This document shows, piece after piece, positions 20,442-30,158 of a stretch of 64,000 bases of DNA (positions are counted from its first letter, which is position 1; each line of letters begins with the position of its first letter). The DNA comes from an uncultured Gemmatimonadaceae bacterium (GTDB taxonomy: Bacteria > Gemmatimonadota > Gemmatimonadetes > Gemmatimonadales > Gemmatimonadaceae): assembly GCA_963817955.1 (NCBI GenBank), contig CAWFQK010000001.1, positions 224,001 through 288,000 of the forward strand, read 5' to 3'. The notes beneath the pieces were generated by a model. That model had not been told where the DNA came from. It was given only the letters and a program-made list of their open reading frames with translations, and ran no database searches. A program made the translations under genes and the position numbers.

Positions 20442-21863
20442 ATGACATATCGCATCTTCTTCCTGGGTGCCACCTCGAGCGCGCTGCTCGTTGCGTTGCA
20501 CGCCTATCCAGCGCGCGATGCTCTTGCGCGCTCAGTCTCTGCGATCGCGCAGACGTCCTCATTGGACGACTCGACGGTCCTGCGTCTCATTCGTGAACGG
20601 GTGGACACGCGCCGCAACGTAGGCCTGGTCATCGGCATCATCGACTCCACGGGGCGTCGGCACGTCTACGAGTACGGCCGCTTGAACGGCCAGGGCTCAC
20701 CAGAGGTGGACGCAAACACGGTCTTCGAGATCGGCTCGATCACCAAGACGTTCACCACGACGCTCCTGGCCGCCATGGTGCGCCAGGGCGAGGTCGCGCT
20801 CGATGACCCCGTCTCGAAGTTCTTGCCGTCCGAGGTCCGCATGCAGGCGAACGGACGCGACATCACCCTGGAGGACCTCGCGACGCAGAGCTCGGGCCTT
20901 CCCCCCATGCCAGCCAACTTCCACCCGAAGAATGTGGAAGATCCATACGCGGATTATGGGACGCCGCAGCTCGACGGGTTCCTCACGGGCTACACGCCGC
21001 CGACCGCACCGGGGGTGAAATATGAATACTCTAACCTCGGCGTCGGCCTGCTCGGCTATGTCTTGAGCCGCCGAGCGGGCGTGCCGTACGAGCGACTGAT
21101 CGAGCAGCGCGTGCTCGCGCCGCTCGGCATGTCGGACACGCGGTTGGTATTGACGCCGGACATGAAGCGCCGGCTCGCCCCAGGCCACAACCGTGACGGC
21201 GACGAGGTGTCAGGTTGGACCTTCGACGCACTCGCCAGCGCCGGTGCGTTGCGATCCACCGTGAACGACCTGATGCGGTACGTTGCCGCCAATCTCGACA
21301 GCACGAGTCGCCCGCTCGGAGCCGTGCTCCGCGGCGCCCATCAGCCGCGTCGGCCGACGACCATTCCCAACACGCAGATCGGGCTCGCCTGGCACGTGCT
21401 CCGTGTGAACAACTCCGACGTCATCTGGCACAACGGCGAAACGGGAGGCTATCACTCCTTCATCGCGGTCGACCCAACGCGTCACGTGGGAGTGGTGGTG
21501 CTCAGCAACTCGGCGACGTCGATCGACGATCTGGGAATGCATCTCGTGGATGAGCGAATCCCGCTACATTTGCCGCCTGCGCCGCCGATCGAAGTGGTAC
21601 AGGATTCGATGATGGTGGACACGTACGTCGGAACGTACGAGCTCGCACCCGGCGCGAGGATGACGGTGACGAGAGCGGGATCGAAGCTCTACTTGCAGCC
21701 AACCGGGCAACAGAGGGTCCGCGTTTTTCCAACGTCGGATTCGACGTACAAGCTGACGGTCGTCGATGCACAGTTGACCTTTCATCACGACGCGCAAGGG
21801 AGGGTGAGTGAGATGGAATTGAGACAGGGGGGGAGGGAGATGAGGGGGGTTCGGGTTCGTTGA
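20442..21863 (+). CDS. Serine hydrolase (beta-lactamase/AmpC-like family) with C-terminal DUF3471-like domain
   Basis: FEIGSITK (SxxK), YEYSN (YxN) and WHNGETGG. Confidence 0.9.
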   Translation: MTYRIFFLGATSSALLVALHAYPARDALARSVSAIAQTSSLDDSTVLRLIRERVDTRRNVGLVIGIIDSTGRRHVYEYGRLNGQGSPEVDANTVFEIGSITKTFTTTLLAAMVRQGEVALDDPVSKFLPSEVRMQANGRDITLEDLATQSSGLPPMPANFHPKNVEDPYADYGTPQLDGFLTGYTPPTAPGVKYEYSNLGVGLLGYVLSRRAGVPYERLIEQRVLAPLGMSDTRLVLTPDMKRRLAPGHNRDGDEVSGWTFDALASAGALRSTVNDLMRYVAANLDSTSRPLGAVLRGAHQPRRPTTIPNTQIGLAWHVLRVNNSDVIWHNGETGGYHSFIAVDPTRHVGVVVLSNSATSIDDLGMHLVDERIPLHLPPAPPIEVVQDSMMVDTYVGTYELAPGARMTVTRAGSKLYLQPTGQQRVRVFPTSDSTYKLTVVDAQLTFHHDAQGRVSEMELRQGGREMRGVRVR

Positions 21864-22010
21864 CGGCGCGAACTGCTGACGGCGCTGACTCCCTGACAGC
21901 GCTGACTCCCAAACTGCGCTGACTCCCTCACGGCGCCAACTCCCTAACGGCGCTGACTCCCTGACGGCGGCTGACGGCGGACTTACAGCGTTGTTTACGG
22001 CGTTTACGGC
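21859..22010 (+). repeat. 17-bp-unit repeat array, copy A
   Basis: Units of (t)[a/g]acggcgctgactccc, followed by about 10-bp ttacggcg units. Confidence 0.9.
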
Positions 22011-22974
22011 ACTTCGGTTTCCGACTTGCCGTTGGCGTCCCACGGCGGTGAGCTGAAAGGCATCCACCACTTCCTTCATTCGTTCGGCTTGAGTCGCGAG
22101 CGGAGCGGAAGATGCCGCCGCCTGGTCTGCGTTCGCGACTGTTTGCTGCGTGACCGTGTTCATGTGATCCACTGCCGTATCGACCTCGGCGATCCCCTGC
22201 GTTTGCTGGTCGCTGGCCGCCGCTATCTCGGACATCACCTCGCTCACCTTGCTCACGCCTTCGGTGATCCCCTGGAGATTCTTCGCGACCTCTGCCGCCG
22301 TGAGCCGCTGCAAGCTCTCGACGCCGCGCGCGACTTTAGCGTTCACCGACGATCGCTTGGCCATCGCACCCATTTCCTGTAGACTCGCCGACACCTTCTG
22401 GAGCGAGCTTGCTCGTTCTGCCGAACCGCGCGGCGGCAGCGGCGGCGGCGGCGGCTCCCGACGTTTGCGTCGAGTTCGTCTCGTTGGTCTGGATCAAGTT
22501 GACCATGGTCGCAACCATGGCGGTTCCGAATGGCATAGTAGTGGCGGCGCGCCACCAATCGCCTCCTCCGTCTTTCCCGCCCCGTACAGTTCCAGGAACC
22601 GCGGCCGCGCGTCGCGGTACTTGGGATAGACGGAATCCCGCTGCGCGAGCACGGCGCGCTCGGACGCGTCCGTCGACGTCTTCCGATATGCCGCCATCGC
22701 GTCCTTGAGCGTCTTCTTAATGCCCGCGGTCTGGTCGATGATCTTTTGCTGATCCTCGGGAGTCTTGGCGGACACGAACTGTGAGACGCCAATCCGCAGT
22801 TCCCAGAGCGCATTCTGCGCAGTGCCGAGGTTGGCGGCCCCTGGAGTCGATCGGCGTAGAGCGCTAGCCCGGAGCGCGTCGTGTACCATTGGCCGCTCCG
22901 TTGAGCAGGACGAGCACAATGACCATCCCGAAGGCTCCGAGCAGCTTGCTCCTGATACTCAGGTTCTTGGGCAT
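22011..22974 (-). pseudogene. Methyl-accepting chemotaxis protein pseudogene (fragmented)
   Basis: MPKNLSIRSKLLGAFG TM1 stops early. A four-helix sensor fragment and a signalling fragment (SASLQEM...EIAAASDQQTQGIAEV...VTQQ) lie in different frames. TM2, HAMP and the hairpin tip are not visible. Confidence 0.85.
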
Positions 22975-23451
22975 CGACGTGGGAACCAAGGGTGTGAATT
23001 GGAGAGACGTTCGGGCTACTAGAATATTTGAATGTTCACCGTCACGACATTGCGCGGCGACCGAAGTCGTCCGTCATCTTGTGAACGAGTTTGATCTGCA
23101 GCTGAGCTCAACCTTGGCCAATTCTGGCCGCCACGTGCGTAATGGGTAGATCGACTCCGACGTCCCTCGCGATGCACGGTTGACTACGCTCGCCGGTCTG
23201 CGGTATGCGCGCGATGACGAGCGGCCCGCTGTTGCGCGGTGGGGCACGGAGCCCGGCTCAGCTTCCCCGTCGGTCCGTGAATCAACACCCCCCTTTTTTG
23301 CCTGTGTAACGGTCCGTTGCACCCCTCAAGTGGCACCGAACCGATCCCGATACCTCAGAACGACCGGGTCGGCCAATGGATGGTGCGCTAACGCATCCTG
23401 ACTCGCCCCGGCACCGCCGCGCAGGATGCGCGATAGAGGAGCGGGGCTATC

Positions 23452-24000
23452 ATGGGGCAATGGAAGCTGGTTCTCGGTATCATCAGCCTGACTGGACTCG
23501 CCAGTACGTGGCAGCACCATCCCATCGACTACCGGGCCCACCCGCCGGAGGTGTCGATCGTCGGAGCCGCCCGCGACACATTGAACGCGGCCTACGCGGA
23601 ATACCAGCACCAGGGTTCCAACGCGCCCCTCATCGAACACGGATTCTGCGCCCGATCGTGGGTGTCTTACCACCCCTCTTGGAATAGGACGGTCGTTCGC
23701 ATCACCAGCCTCGTTCGGTCGGAAGTGGATGCCTCGCCGATCAGCGTGGGGATTCCCTGCGCCCAATCCGGGACCATAGAAACCGGAATCGTGTTCCACA
23801 CGCATCCGCCTCAACGGTGCATCATCAAGAGCAATTGGCAATCGTGGTCCGACTGCGTGCCAAGCGACGATATCGCCACTGAGTGTCGCGCGAGCTATCG
23901 CGACATGGCGGATACTCTGGAGCACCGCGGTGTGCCAGCACGCTTCCTCGTCTGCGGCGAGGATCGCTTCGTCCTGTATCACGCGACGGACGCGCTGTAA
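23452..24000 (+). CDS. Secreted hypothetical protein with JAB/MPN-like motif
   Basis: GAGGAG RBS, signal peptide, E(HGFC)...FHTHP...SYRD and six Cys. Confidence 0.6.
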   Translation: MGQWKLVLGIISLTGLASTWQHHPIDYRAHPPEVSIVGAARDTLNAAYAEYQHQGSNAPLIEHGFCARSWVSYHPSWNRTVVRITSLVRSEVDASPISVGIPCAQSGTIETGIVFHTHPPQRCIIKSNWQSWSDCVPSDDIATECRASYRDMADTLEHRGVPARFLVCGEDRFVLYHATDAL

Positions 24001-24367
24001 TAGCCGTAGCTGTGTCCTGACACCTCTATGTCAGGGGATGTCTTCCCCTTCAGGGGCTCGAGTTCGTAGAGCACGAGCCTGGTGCTCGCGATGGCTGGCT
24101 GCGACGTGCCATAATAGATCCATCGACCATCCCGCCGCGTGGTCTCGAGCCCCGCTTCGCGAAGCGTGCGCAGATGGTGCGATACGAGTGATTGGTCGGG
24201 CCCTGTCTCTTCCATCAGGTCGGCACAGTGCGTTTGCCACTCGTGAGTATTTCGAGGAGATATCCCCGCCGCACTAAGCCCTTCCGGCGCAGCGCTGAAC
24301 AGCGACTGCGCGGACCGACGGCCGACGCAAAGACCGTTGTGCCCTCACGCATTGCGTACTCGGTCAT
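24001..24367 (-). pseudogene. ArsR/SmtB-family regulator remnant (frameshifted)
   Basis: QSLVSHHLRTLREAGL...RRDGRWIYY in one frame and LLEILTSGKR in another. Confidence 0.75.
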
Positions 24368-24717
24368 GCCGCATGGGCTTGCACCATTCCATCTCGCTTG
24401 CGAAACGCTTTCGACTCGGATGCCGACGCGCAACGACAGCGATGCAACCGGATGCGTGAGCAGGTCGATCTACGCGGCGCGCGCAACAAGCGTCTGCGCA
24501 CGTTCACCACTCAGTGTGCCACGCTGACTCAGCGAGTAACGCACGTCTGGTCGCTCCTCGCTCGCGCCGACCGATGCGGTGTATCGCTCACGCGTCACAT
24601 CGATCGCGCTCGACGCTCGATGTTCGTTCACGGACCCCGCCATCACGACGCCGCCACGGCGATCGTGGCGACGCCGGCGTTCACTCGCCCCACGGCGCTA
24701 CCGCCGGTCGCGATCAT

Positions 24718-24820
24718 CAAGTCAGCGCCGTAAGAGCGTTGGCGTAGTCAGGGAGTCCGCGCAGTCAGGGAGCTAGCGGCGTTCAGGAAGTCAGCGCCGT
24801 CAACAGTTCGCGCCGTCAAC
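24718..24820 (-). repeat. 17-bp-unit repeat array, copy B (degenerate, inverted relative to A)
   Basis: The reverse complement of 24783-24820 matches 21859-21896 at 36 of 38 positions. Confidence 0.85.
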
Positions 24821-24824
24821 ACTA

Positions 24825-24853
24825 TTGACACCGCATTCACCCTATTTTACTCT
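24825..24853 (+). promoter_or_regulatory. Sigma-70 promoter for the padR-permease operon
   Basis: TTGACA-N17-TACTCT. Confidence 0.6.
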
Positions 24854-24911
24854 ATGCCTAGAAAGGATCAGTATCCGCCGCTCCCGACTCACAACTCGTC
24901 CGCTCATTCCC

Positions 24912-25259
24912 ATGCCCGACGCCAGCCCGCGCGATCTCTTTCCCGGTGCTCTCGAGATGATGGTGCTCCGACTCCTCAAGCAGGAGCCGCTGCACGGCTA
25001 CGCGCTCGTGCAGCGGATTCAACAGGCGTCGGACAACCTGCTCGAGGTCGAAGAGGGATCACTGTATCCCGCTCTGCAGCGCCTGCTGAAGGATGGATTC
25101 GTGAGTGCCGAGTGGGGGGTGTCGTCGACGAACCGCCGGGTGCGGATCTATCGGCTCACGCCAGCGGGGGCAAAGCACCTGACCCGTCAAGTCTCGAGCT
25201 ACGCTCGGATGTTTGAGGGCATCAACCTCGTGTTGGCCTTCGGCGGGGGAAAGCTATGA
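24912..25259 (+). CDS. PadR-family transcriptional regulator
   Basis: PLHGYAL, EEGSLYPALQRL and YRLTPAG. Confidence 0.93.
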   Translation: MPDASPRDLFPGALEMMVLRLLKQEPLHGYALVQRIQQASDNLLEVEEGSLYPALQRLLKDGFVSAEWGVSSTNRRVRIYRLTPAGAKHLTRQVSSYARMFEGINLVLAFGGGKL

Positions 25260-27907
25260 TCTGGATCGATCGAGTCTTCCGACGCCATCACATCTATGAT
25301 GACCTCTCCGCGGAAATACGAGCGCACCTGGACGAACGAGTCGACGAACTGGTGGCACTGGGGATGTCCCGCGCCGATGCTCGCGCCGCCGCGCGCCGCG
25401 CTTTCGGGAACGTCACGGTGATTGAGGAACGGGCACGAGATACGTGGCAGTGGCCAACGATCGAGTCTTTCCTGATGGACATCCGATTCGCGCTCCGGCA
25501 ACTGCGTCGTGCGCCGGGCGTGACGGCGATCATCCTGCTCACGCTGGCCATCGGTATTGCGGCCGCGGCCACGGTATTCAGCTGGACCCGCACCATTCTA
25601 CTCGATCCTCTGCCCGGCGCCGGTGAGCCGACCCGAGTGCTGGCGCTCGAGTCCACCACGCCGGCGGGAACCTGGACGCCAACCTCATGGCCGGACTTCA
25701 TAGACTTTCGTAAATACCTGAAATCGTTCGACGGGCTTGCGGCGGCGTATCCGATTTCGCTGGCGATCGGCGATGCCGTGCACTCCGAACGTCAGCAGGC
25801 CGAACTCGTGTCGGCGAACTTCTTCGACGTGCTCCGGGTGCGACCTGCACTGGGGCGCTTCTTTCCGCCAAGCCGCGACAACGTGGAAGGCGGAGATCCC
25901 GACGTCGTCATCAGCTACAACCTCTGGCACAGTCGCTGGAAGGGTGACAGCGCGGTCATCGGCCGAGTGGTACACATCAACCGGTTTCCGTTCACGGTGA
26001 TCGGCATCGCACCGGCAGAATTTCAGGGCTCCATGCCAGGCGAGCAAGTCGACGTCTGGGTGCCGATGACGATGGTCGGACAGATCCTCCCAACCGGCAG
26101 CTCCATGCTGGGCGACCGCGCATGGCGGACGTTTCGCGTGCTGGCACGCATCGCTCCAAGTGTCACGCTGGCCGCAGCGCGCGAGGAGGTGGCGCGGTTC
26201 GCAACCTACATGGGCAAGGTGAACGGCGGGAGAAGTCTGGGAATGAGTGCCATGCTGCTGCCGCTCTGGCAATCGCATTGGGGCGTACAGAACACGCTCC
26301 GTGCGCCGCTCGTGGTGCTCATGGGCGCGTGCGGTCTCGTGCTGTTGATCGTTTGCGCGAACATGGCCAATCTGTTGTTGGCGCGAGCGACGGGCCGGCA
26401 GCGTGAGTTCGGTCTGCGGGTCGCGCTCGGTGCGCCGCGCCGGCGCCTCGTTCGACAACTGTTGACCGAGGCATCGATCCTTGCCGCAGCTGGCTCGGCG
26501 CTCGGTCTGCTCTGCACGCTGTGGCTCACGCACTCCCTCCATGTGCTCCTGCCGTCGTATGCGGCAGCGTCATTGCGCGACCCGAAGGTCGGCGCTGGCG
26601 TGTTGGCGTTCACAGCGGCGCTCGCGTGCGGTGTGACGCTCCTCGCCGGCATCGCGCCGGCGCTGCACGGCTCGCGCGAGCGGGTTGGCGATGCCTTGAA
26701 TGAGGGCGGACGCGGAGCCATTGGCGGCGTTCACATCACGCGTCTGCGCAACTTGCTTGTGATTGGCGAGATGGCGCTGGCAATGATGTCGCTGGTGGGA
26801 GCGGGACTGTTCTACGACAGCTACCGCCGCACGCACGCCGTGGCCCCTGGCTTCATCGCCGAACATGTCGCAATGGCCGCGGTGAGCCTGACGCTCGCCG
26901 GTTACGATTCGGCGCACGCTGATGCCTTCCTTCGTCGCGTGTCCGACCGCATTCGACGCGAGCCTGGTGTCTCGGCCACGAGCTACACTGATTACGTACC
27001 GCTCAGCATGGGTCAGGGATCGTGGGAGGATCTGAACGTGGAGGGCTACGCGCCCCAGCCCAACGAAGACATGAAGCTGTTCCGCGCGGCGATTGGCCCG
27101 GACTACTTCGCGTCCATGCAGATACCATTGTTGGCCGGTCGCGACTTTCGGATGGACGATGATTCCGCCCACACGCCGGTGATGATCGTCAACGCTGCGT
27201 TCGTGCAGCATTTCCTACGTGGCCGTTCGGTGCTCGGCGTGAAGGTGAAGGGATGGGGCAAGTGGTTCACGATCGTCGGGGTGGCGAAAGACGTGAAGGT
27301 GTATCGTCTCAGCGAGTCGCCCACACCCTACTTCTATGTCGCCGTACGGCAGGTGTATCGTCCGGAATACGGTTACACGTTCCTGGCATGCACTGCGGCG
27401 CCGGTGGATCAAGCGGTGAGAACGATCATGCAAGCCGTGAAGGAAGCCGATCCAACTGTGCCGACATTCAACGCCATGCCGCTCACCGAGTACATCAGCG
27501 CACCGCTGCGCGGACAGCAAACCGCCGCGCAACTCCTGGCACTTCTCGCCGCGGTTGCGATGCTCCTCGCGGCCATCGGACTCTACGGCGTCATTTCATA
27601 TGCCGTGGCAGAACGGTCGAAGGAGATCGGCGTTCGCGTTGCATTGGGAGCGCAACCGTCTGACGTATTCCGAGCGGTCGCATCGCAGGCGGGAAGCTTG
27701 GTGGTTCGAGGCCTTGTCGTGGGGCTTGGGGGAGCAGTGGTGCTCGGGCGAATCGTGGCGTCGCTGCTGTTCTCCGTGGGTGCTGGCGACGTGACGGCGT
27801 TCGCCGTCGCGGCAGGAGGGATGGTTGTGATCGCCGTGGCCGCGACGGCAGTGCCGATGAGAAGAGTGATGAAGGTGGATCCGATTGGGGTGTTGAGGGC
27901 TGAATAG
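25256..27907 (+). CDS. Duplicated MacB/FtsX-type ABC permease (ADOP-like)
   Basis: LLIVCANMANLLLARA, REFGLRVALGA, GLYGVISYAV..RSKEIGVRVALGA and VDPIGVLRAE. Confidence 0.93.
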   Translation: MIWIDRVFRRHHIYDDLSAEIRAHLDERVDELVALGMSRADARAAARRAFGNVTVIEERARDTWQWPTIESFLMDIRFALRQLRRAPGVTAIILLTLAIGIAAAATVFSWTRTILLDPLPGAGEPTRVLALESTTPAGTWTPTSWPDFIDFRKYLKSFDGLAAAYPISLAIGDAVHSERQQAELVSANFFDVLRVRPALGRFFPPSRDNVEGGDPDVVISYNLWHSRWKGDSAVIGRVVHINRFPFTVIGIAPAEFQGSMPGEQVDVWVPMTMVGQILPTGSSMLGDRAWRTFRVLARIAPSVTLAAAREEVARFATYMGKVNGGRSLGMSAMLLPLWQSHWGVQNTLRAPLVVLMGACGLVLLIVCANMANLLLARATGRQREFGLRVALGAPRRRLVRQLLTEASILAAAGSALGLLCTLWLTHSLHVLLPSYAAASLRDPKVGAGVLAFTAALACGVTLLAGIAPALHGSRERVGDALNEGGRGAIGGVHITRLRNLLVIGEMALAMMSLVGAGLFYDSYRRTHAVAPGFIAEHVAMAAVSLTLAGYDSAHADAFLRRVSDRIRREPGVSATSYTDYVPLSMGQGSWEDLNVEGYAPQPNEDMKLFRAAIGPDYFASMQIPLLAGRDFRMDDDSAHTPVMIVNAAFVQHFLRGRSVLGVKVKGWGKWFTIVGVAKDVKVYRLSESPTPYFYVAVRQVYRPEYGYTFLACTAAPVDQAVRTIMQAVKEADPTVPTFNAMPLTEYISAPLRGQQTAAQLLALLAAVAMLLAAIGLYGVISYAVAERSKEIGVRVALGAQPSDVFRAVASQAGSLVVRGLVVGLGGAVVLGRIVASLLFSVGAGDVTAFAVAAGGMVVIAVAATAVPMRRVMKVDPIGVLRAE

Positions 27908-27912
27908 GAGGC

Positions 27913-28407
27913 GTAACGGCGCAAACGGCTGACGGCGCTGACTCCGTAACGGCGCGAACTGCTGACGGCGCTGACGCCCTAACGGCGCTGACTCCCTGAC
28001 GGCGCCAACTCCCTGAGGTCGCTGACTCCCTAACGGCGCCAACTCCCTGACGGCGGGCTTACGGCGGGCTTACGGCGGATGACTCCCTAGCACGAACGGT
28101 TCGGAGGAACCGCGCGCGGTCTACGCCGAGCCTGCGGACCAAACCTTCGGAGATACTCGCCCGATGGATTGCGCGGAATTTCAGAGCGGCTCGACGTGCA
28201 GCAGCCGGGGAGTGAAGTCGACCAGCTGAACCATCTCACCAGCTACGAGATCCGCGCCAAACGCCCGCCGTAAGCCGCCGTAAGCCCGCCGTAAGCCGCC
28301 GTCAGGGAGTTGGCGCCGTTAGGGAGTCAGCGACCTCAGGGAGTTGGCGCCGTCAGGGAGTCAGCGCCGTTAGGGCGTCAGCGCCGTCAGCAGTTCGCGC
28401 CGTTACG
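27913..28407. repeat. Inverted pair of repeat arrays (C/D) with perfect 112-bp arms around a core of about 175 bp; REP/MITE-like element
   Basis: 27945-28056 is the exact reverse complement of 28296-28407; inner (g)cttacggcgg units occur on both sides. Confidence 0.92.
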
Positions 28408-28518
28408 CCGCTTCGCCTCGTCAGCTCTATTCCCCACCACGTTGCGCGCCGCTTCGCGCGCCGAGCAGATTGAGATCATGAATGCGCTACGCCTACTCGT
28501 CCCCATCGTTCGGTTGTC

Positions 28519-30141
28519 ATGACCAGCGCCACACCACCATCGCGCGGCGCGACCAGGGCGCAGCCGCTCGCCCAGGAGACCGACATCGAGAAGTTCCGCT
28601 GGTTCATCCTGCTCGGGCTGATTACCGCGGCGATGATGGAGATTCTCGACACGACCATCATCAATGTGGCGCTGCCGGATATGGCCGGGAACCTCGGCGC
28701 GACACACGAAGAGATTGCCTGGGTCAGTACGTCGTACATCATCTCGAATGTCGTCGTGCTCCCCATGACCGCGTTCTTCGCCGCCACTTTTGGGCGGAAG
28801 CGCTATCTCACGTTCTCCATTCTGCTCTTCATCTTCGCCTCGTTCATGTGCGGCACGTCGCACAGCCTCGGCGAGCTCGTCGTGTGGCGTCTCGTACAGG
28901 GCGCCGGCGGCGCGGCGCTGCTCTCGACCGCCCAAGCCACGCTCCGGCAGATCTTTCCGCGAGAAGAGCAGGGGATGGTGCAGGCCATCTTCATGCTCGG
29001 CGTCATCGTCGCGCCCACAATGGGGCCGACGCTCGGCGGTTGGATCACGGATAATTACCAGTGGAACTGGTGCTTCTTCATCAACGTTCCCATCGGTTTA
29101 CTGTCGGCGTTCCTGGTGACCACGTTCCTGCACGATCATCCGGGCCAACAGCGGCGCTCTGGGCCAGTGGATTGGTTCGGCATCGGCTTGCTGATCGCGG
29201 GGGTTGGCCCGTTGCAGTACGTGCTGGAGGAAGGAAACAAGAACGATTGGTTCGCCGACCGGACGATCACGGGGCTCTCCATTCTCGCCGTGGTGTCGCT
29301 GCTGACGATGGTCTGGTGGGAGCTGTCGCCGCGCAACGAGCATCCGGTGATCGAGTTCCGAGTGCTGCGCAATCGCGATCTCGCCGCGTCGATCTTCCTG
29401 TTCGTCGTACTCGGCTTCGGGCTCTTCGGCGGGACCTTCCTTTTCCCGCTCTTCACGCAGGGCATCCTCGGCTTCACGCCACTGATGACCGGTCTCGCCA
29501 TGTTCCCAGGCGGCATCGCATCTGGGGCGCTCGCGCTCGTCTGCGGACGACTGCTCAACGGAAAGCGACCGCTGGTGGACTCGCGGCTGCTGATTCTCTG
29601 CGGAATCTTCCTGTTCCTGCTGTCCATGTGGAAGCTGGGACACCTGACGTCGGCAGCAGGGGAGCCTGATGCTCGATTCGCCCTGATCATTCGCGGCGCG
29701 GCACTCGGACTCCTCTTCACGCCGATCAACAACGCCGCCTTCGGCAGCCTGGAGCCGAGCGAGGCGCAGCAGGCCTCCGGACTCATCAACCTGTCGCGAC
29801 AGCTCGGCGGCTCCTTCGGTATCGCGGTGCTCACGACGTATGTGACCCGTCACATCCAGTACCACCGGGCAGACCTGGTCAGCAACGTGTACGCCGGCAA
29901 TCCGGCGTTCGAGCAGCGGTACCAGGCAACGGTGCAGGCGCTCATTGCCCACGGAGCGCCCGCGATCACCGCGAAGCAGGAGGCGATGAAGGTGATCGAC
30001 GGTACGCTGATGCGTCAGGCGTCAATGTTGGCGTACAACGACGCATGGATGCTGATCCTGCTGTCGTTCCTCTTCGTGGCGCCGGCGGTGCTGTTGCTGC
30101 GGAAACATCGCAGAAACGCAGCGCCGGCTGAGGCACACTGA
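28519..30141 (+). CDS. DHA2 (EmrB/QacA) MFS efflux transporter
   Basis: LDTTIINVALP, WRLVQGAGG, GPTLGGWIT, WCFFINVPIG and RQLGGSFGIA. Confidence 0.93.
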   Translation: MTSATPPSRGATRAQPLAQETDIEKFRWFILLGLITAAMMEILDTTIINVALPDMAGNLGATHEEIAWVSTSYIISNVVVLPMTAFFAATFGRKRYLTFSILLFIFASFMCGTSHSLGELVVWRLVQGAGGAALLSTAQATLRQIFPREEQGMVQAIFMLGVIVAPTMGPTLGGWITDNYQWNWCFFINVPIGLLSAFLVTTFLHDHPGQQRRSGPVDWFGIGLLIAGVGPLQYVLEEGNKNDWFADRTITGLSILAVVSLLTMVWWELSPRNEHPVIEFRVLRNRDLAASIFLFVVLGFGLFGGTFLFPLFTQGILGFTPLMTGLAMFPGGIASGALALVCGRLLNGKRPLVDSRLLILCGIFLFLLSMWKLGHLTSAAGEPDARFALIIRGAALGLLFTPINNAAFGSLEPSEAQQASGLINLSRQLGGSFGIAVLTTYVTRHIQYHRADLVSNVYAGNPAFEQRYQATVQALIAHGAPAITAKQEAMKVIDGTLMRQASMLAYNDAWMLILLSFLFVAPAVLLLRKHRRNAAPAEAH

Positions 30142-30158
30142 TCGCAAAGACCCGACGG

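Noticed and set aside
20442..21863. Bona fide antibiotic-resistance beta-lactamase
   Set aside because: The motifs only support the broad serine hydrolase family (HNG rather than KTG triad).
21564..22394. 276-aa intact chemoreceptor
   Set aside because: Only a deleted signalling fragment that reads through the repeat array into antisense sequence.
27913..28407. CRISPR array or integron attC interpretation of the repeats
   Set aside because: Units are contiguous with no unique spacers and there are no cas genes. The CCCTAAC/GTTAGGG ends do not fit RYYYAAC/GTTRRRY, and no integrase is present.
27596..28522. Two ORFs sharing the N-terminus MAPLGSQRPQGVGAVRESAP
   Set aside because: They are translations of the inverted repeat arms, not duplicated genes.
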